Positions 60,032-64,000 of a stretch of DNA of 64,000 bases are shown piece after piece. Below the pieces are notes generated by a model. The model was given only the letters and a program-made list of their open reading frames with translations. It was not told the origin of the DNA and ran no database searches. Made by a program: the position numbers and the translations under genes. The stretch is from NCBI GenBank assembly GCA_963702095.1, contig OY969706.1:2400001-2464000 (forward strand). Direction: 5' to 3'. The stretch comes from Candidatus Bathyarchaeota archaeon (GTDB taxonomy: Archaea; Thermoproteota; Bathyarchaeia; Bathyarchaeales; Bathycorpusculaceae). How positions within the stretch are numbered: position 1 is the first letter of the stretch; each line of letters opens with the position of its first letter.

Positions 60032-60568
60032 TCATTTCAGGTGTTTGCCAATCGCATAGGCTTGACGGAGCGTTTCCGGCTGCGTTTTCACTTCAACCTT
60101 CTCAGAAGCCTTAGGCAACAGCACACTCACCAACTCCATTTCCAAATACTTGAATGACAAACTAAACATGCCCACGGCGTGGTTGCAGGCGTCCGCGCCC
60201 TCCTCGGATGGAACCACCAGCACCGCCTGTTTGCCGTGCAGTTTCTTAGAGGCGACGAAGGGTCGCAGGCGGTCGATGAGAAGCTTCGTTTTGGCTGAGG
60301 GACCATACCAGTAAAGAGGCGTCCCAAAAACGATGACATCAGCCTCTTGCAGGTTGGGGTAGAGGGTTTGCATGTCGTCTTTTAGGGCACATTGGAAGCT
60401 GCCTTTTCTGCATGCTCTGCAATCCACACAGGGGTCAATCTTGAAGCTGTACAGGTAGATTTTTTCGGTTGCATACCCGTTTTCAGCGGCGCCCCTGAGA
60501 ATTTCAGTGACAAGTAAGTCGGTGTTGCCGCCTTTTCTGGGGCTCCCGACCAAACCGAGGACTTTCAT
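60032..60568 (-). CDS. Iron-sulfur flavoprotein (flavodoxin family)
   Basis: GSPRKGGNT, CVDCRAC..C, GTPLYW. Confidence 0.9.
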   Translation of the reverse strand: MKVLGLVGSPRKGGNTDLLVTEILRGAAENGYATEKIYLYSFKIDPCVDCRACRKGSFQCALKDDMQTLYPNLQEADVIVFGTPLYWYGPSAKTKLLIDRLRPFVASKKLHGKQAVLVVPSEEGADACNHAVGMFSLSFKYLEMELVSVLLPKASEKVEVKTQPETLRQAYAIGKHLK

Positions 60569-60614
60569 GTAGCCATCTTATTGGATGATTAAGATTTTAA
60601 TTTAACTGGATATG

Positions 60615-60893
60615 CTAGTAAATAATGCTAAAGTTTTGGAATTCTCCCCTGAAAGGCTCCCAATCGACCAAAACCTTCGCCACCAAAGCACCTTTCGGCC
60701 CATGATGGCAGTACTCCACCAGCGTCTTAACCGCGGCTTCCTCGCCTTCAAAAACCGCTTCGACCCCGTCGTCTTCGACGTTGCGCATCCAGCCGGTTAA
60801 GCCTTGGTTTTGGGCTTGGTTTTTAGTGGTTTGCCTAAAATAGACTCCTTGGACTCTTCCGCTTATGTGGACGTGCGCTCTGGCTTTTGGCAT
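60615..60893 (-). CDS. acyP: Acylphosphatase
   Basis: GRVQGVYFR, GWMRN. Confidence 0.93.
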   Translation of the reverse strand: MPKARAHVHISGRVQGVYFRQTTKNQAQNQGLTGWMRNVEDDGVEAVFEGEEAAVKTLVEYCHHGPKGALVAKVLVDWEPFRGEFQNFSIIY

Positions 60894-60919
60894 GCAGTAG
60901 TTTTTGTCATACCCGCTTT

Positions 60920-61393
60920 TTAGTGTTCCCACACATCAATGTTTTCGCCGACAGCGTAGAGAAACGTTTCCGCCGAGGAAAGCCCCAGCCACTTGAACTT
61001 GGCAATCAAGTCTTTGACGACCTTGCCGTAGTTGTTGGATTTGTCGAGGCTGCCCAGGTACTTTGGGAAGGAACCGTAGGCTTTTTCGATGGCTTGGAAG
61101 TTTCGGGCGTTTTGGATTACGGCTTGGATTTTGCCTCTGTGTCGGATGATTTGGGGGTTCTTTAGCATCGCCTCTACGTCGGCGTCGGTTAGGCGGACCA
61201 CCTTTTTTATGTCGAACCCGCAGAAGGCTTCGCGTATTGCCTGCCATTTTTTGTCGACTACCCGCCAGTTTAAGCCTGCCTGAAAGATAACGCGGCTCAT
61301 GTTCTCGAAGTAGGCGTCGTCGTTTGGAGGTTGTTTCTCCCGGTACCACCAAGGCGGCATCTGCCACTCTTCGTGGGCTACAGAAGTTGCCAT
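60920..61393 (-). CDS. DNA-3-methyladenine glycosylase I family
   Basis: FQAGLNW, AFCGFD, IIRHRGKI. Confidence 0.85.
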   Translation of the reverse strand: MATSVAHEEWQMPPWWYREKQPPNDDAYFENMSRVIFQAGLNWRVVDKKWQAIREAFCGFDIKKVVRLTDADVEAMLKNPQIIRHRGKIQAVIQNARNFQAIEKAYGSFPKYLGSLDKSNNYGKVVKDLIAKFKWLGLSSAETFLYAVGENIDVWEH

Positions 61394-61560
61394 GTTATGT
61401 CACAGTGAATAGGGGCTTTACGGGTTGATTTAAGCACTTGTGGTAGCACCGACACAGCAACGTGCTTCACTTTCAGCCACCCCTCCCTACTTCGGCAGTG
61501 TCGCATGCGGCGTCCCCTTAAAAGGCAACTCAGCCAATTGGTTGGCGGAGAAAAGCGGGT

Positions 61561-61896
61561 ATGTTTAAGGGTAACAGTGGAAAACTGATGGTTTACGCTT
61601 CAGAGGGGCGTCCATGCAAGGAACGCTTAGCATCCGTGCGGAACGCCGCCAGAGAAACCGCGAAGCGGTTCAACCTTGATTTTGAGTTGGTGCGTTTCGA
61701 ACGTTCGGGCACACCCATCTACGTGTACTATGAAGACAGCGATGGAGAGCCCATTCCGCTGTATTGCGATGAAGGAAAAATCTCGGGGTTAGAGGAAATA
61801 AGCAATACACTTAGGCGCATGATGTTTGTGCTCTCGTTCCACCCTAAGCACCCGGCTTTGGCGCAGATGCGGAGCGAACTGCTTAAATTTTCCTGA
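61561..61896 (+). CDS. Hypothetical protein
   Basis: 111 aa; 3' end overlaps the convergent arcadin gene. Confidence 0.7.
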   Translation: MFKGNSGKLMVYASEGRPCKERLASVRNAARETAKRFNLDFELVRFERSGTPIYVYYEDSDGEPIPLYCDEGKISGLEEISNTLRRMMFVLSFHPKHPALAQMRSELLKFS

Positions 61897-62206
61897 AGCG
61901 GATGCCTTGGTTTTCAAGCATGACTTCGTAGACTTGGTTAACGTCGAAGGTGATGCCTAAGCTGTCGTATTCCTGCTCGGTTAGGAACAGGATGATTTTG
62001 GGTGTAGCGAGTTGTTGGCGTTGGGGCAGAAACGGCATCTGTGTTTGGAGTGCCTGCATGATGTCCTGTGCCATTTTTGCTTCGTCAGTTTGTGGGCGGA
62101 CAATGTAGGGGTTGACTTCTCTCTCTTCGAGTAGTTCGATTCGTTTTCCTAGGTTGCCGTCTAAGTCGCGGGTGGATTCGATTTTGTTGACTCGTACGCG
62201 GAACAA
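61883..62206 (-). CDS. Arcadin-1 family protein
   Basis: FRVRVNKI..DGNLGKRIEL..ILFLTEQEYDSLG..VNQVYEV, recalled similarity to arcadin-1. Confidence 0.7.
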   Translation of the reverse strand: MFRVRVNKIESTRDLDGNLGKRIELLEEREVNPYIVRPQTDEAKMAQDIMQALQTQMPFLPQRQQLATPKIILFLTEQEYDSLGITFDVNQVYEVMLENQGIRFRKI

Positions 62207-62300
62207 GCTTTTTCACTCTCGCAGATAATTAGGCTGCTCACGCATTTAAACTATTTAGGCAGACGAAACGGCGGTTCATGGCTTTGCGCCTTTTGTTTTT

Positions 62301-62426
62301 CTATTGTTTGAAGAATAGAATGCCGCCCTTACTCATCATCTTCCAGCGGACTAGGTGGGCGGCTCTGTTTTGCTTTATGAGATGAAAATGAACTGCTGAC
62401 TTGTTGAGGCGGATTCCTCAAGAGGA
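62301..62426 (+). repeat. Dispersed 126-bp element, GAA subtype
   Basis: CTATTGTTTGAAGAA..CGCCCTTACTCATCATCTTCC..GTGGGCGGCT..TTGAG-N8-CTCAAG. Confidence 0.85.
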
Positions 62427-62500
62427 ACAGGTTTCAACATGAAGACCCTTTGCTGCTCTGCCATAGACCCCTCCCCATATACAGTGGATTAAAATTTTTT

Positions 62501-62626
62501 CTTTAGTTGTTGTTGCAGAGAATCCTCTATACACAACAACAACCAAACGCAGGTGCAAGCGGTTCCGTTTTGGGTTCGGCGTTGTTCTGCGGTTGAAGGC
62601 TGGTTGTGGCTGAGTCTACAAGCAGA
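62501..62626 (+). repeat. Dispersed 126-bp element, GTT subtype
   Basis: Ungapped, 90/126 identical to 25265..25390 by hand count. Confidence 0.95.
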
Positions 62627-62691
62627 ATCCAAGTTATGCCAGCTGCAAACAGCCCTTTTCCTTAAATACAATTCAGCAACATTCCATAACT

Positions 62692-63942
62692 ATGACACCC
62701 CAGCCATCCGCCAGCCCAAACAGCAACCCCGAGGTAGTGGTCATCGGCGGCGGACCAGTCGGCAGCTACGCAGCCCTCCAACTGGCAAAACGCGGCATCA
62801 AAGCCACCGTTTTTGAGGATCACCCCGAAATCGGCGTCCCCAGCCACTGCGCCGGCCACATAAGCATCCGCAGCCTCAAGCGCATGGGACTCTACCCCCT
62901 GCCAACGGGAATTGTGGAGAACACTTTTTGCGCCGCCAACTTTTACTCGCCTCAGGGCACGAAGTTCACGCTGCACCTAAGTTGCCCCGTCACCTGCGCC
63001 TTGAACAGGGCACGGTTTGACCAGATGCTGGCTAAGCAGGCAGCGGCAGCGGGTGCAGAGTTTAAGATGAATTCGCCTGTGCAATCGCTTTGGATTCAAG
63101 ATGGCTCTGTGAAGGGCGTCAAGGTTAAGCAGACGGACGGCACAGAAGTGCAGGTTAACTCCAAAGTCGTCTTTGACTGCGAAGGCATCTCTTCACGGCT
63201 GCTACATCAGGCAGGCTTACCCACGCTGAAGCCCAAAGGCTTAGTCTACGCGGTGGAAACCGAAATCGAAGGCGTCCAAGACGTCGAAATGGATGCGGTG
63301 GAGGTTTACTTCGGCAGGGGTTATGCGCCGGGTTTCTACGGGTGGCTCATCCCCAGACCCGACGGCACTGCCAAACTCGGTTTAGCCACCAACAAAGGCG
63401 ACCCCAGAGCCTATCTCAAACGCCTCATAACCAAGCACCCCGTCGCCAAAAAACAACTCGCCAAAGCCAAAATCATCTCGGCAGGCTACCACGCCATCAC
63501 CCTAGGCGGACCCATACGGCAAGCGTACACAGACGGGTTTTTGGCAATCGGCGACTGCGCGTCGCAGGTGAAGCCCACCACGGGGGGAGGAGTAATCTTC
63601 GGTTTAACGGCGGCGAAGGAGGCAGCGGAAGTGACATCAGAAGCCATCAAAAACGGCAACGTATCCGCCCATGCATTGCAGGCGTATCAGAGACACTGCA
63701 ACGACATCTTCAACTTCGACTTCAGAGTTATGCTTCGGCTTCGGCGTTTTTTGAACTCGCTTTCAGACGAAAAACTCGACGAAATGTTCCGAGTGATCGG
63801 CAAACTCGGCGTCGACAAAGCACTGCACAACGTGGAGGAAATCGATTTTCAGGGAAAAATGATAATGAGCGTAGCCACCAAACCCTCCATGATGGCGGCG
63901 CTGGCGTATTTTGGGCTGCTCTACCTCTCTGCAAACCCTTAA
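62692..63942 (+). CDS. Geranylgeranyl reductase family flavoprotein
   Basis: IGGGPVG, YGWLIP, GDCASQVKPTTGGG. Confidence 0.9.
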   Translation: MTPQPSASPNSNPEVVVIGGGPVGSYAALQLAKRGIKATVFEDHPEIGVPSHCAGHISIRSLKRMGLYPLPTGIVENTFCAANFYSPQGTKFTLHLSCPVTCALNRARFDQMLAKQAAAAGAEFKMNSPVQSLWIQDGSVKGVKVKQTDGTEVQVNSKVVFDCEGISSRLLHQAGLPTLKPKGLVYAVETEIEGVQDVEMDAVEVYFGRGYAPGFYGWLIPRPDGTAKLGLATNKGDPRAYLKRLITKHPVAKKQLAKAKIISAGYHAITLGGPIRQAYTDGFLAIGDCASQVKPTTGGGVIFGLTAAKEAAEVTSEAIKNGNVSAHALQAYQRHCNDIFNFDFRVMLRLRRFLNSLSDEKLDEMFRVIGKLGVDKALHNVEEIDFQGKMIMSVATKPSMMAALAYFGLLYLSANP

Positions 63943-64000
63943 AATCTCGGATGCAGACATAGAAGCGGGAACCCCCGATGTCAGACCAATTCGATTACAA

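Noticed and set aside
1621-62626. The repeats as a CRISPR array or integron attC array
   Set aside because: Copies are kilobases apart, not regularly spaced, in mixed orientation, and lack RYYYAAC..GTTRRRY ends; no integrase or cas operon in the window
2607-63962. Many long antisense or alternate-frame ORFs in the track
   Set aside because: Shadows of well-supported genes, with no recognisable motifs

Overview
Archaeal chromosomal window. Gene content and style suggest Bathyarchaeia/TACK (inference): cdc48, fen1, EF-1beta, TFE, aTrm56, MBF1, NAC, archaeal ThrRS/ProRS, a lysW cluster and arcadin-1. Housekeeping genes alternate with small accessory patches (TA modules, ABC exporter, surface proteins). 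Features missing from the ORF track include tRNA-Val(UAC) with a downstream att-like duplication enclosing an AbrB/VapC mini-island, a fluoride riboswitch before crcB, a Cas4/Dna2-like Fe-S nuclease gene running off the left edge, several small ORFs and about seven single-base frameshifts that are probably assembly errors. The strongest unexplained signal is a dispersed intergenic element of near-fixed length (126 bp; six copies plus one decayed). It has two subtypes whose inverted-repeat arms switch together (GTT/AAC vs GAA/TTC) and a conserved TTGWG-N8-CNCAA dyad. A second ~180-bp two-copy family has apparently swapped inverted arms. Three genes appear to start at ACG. All alignments and translations were done by eye; no database searches were run.
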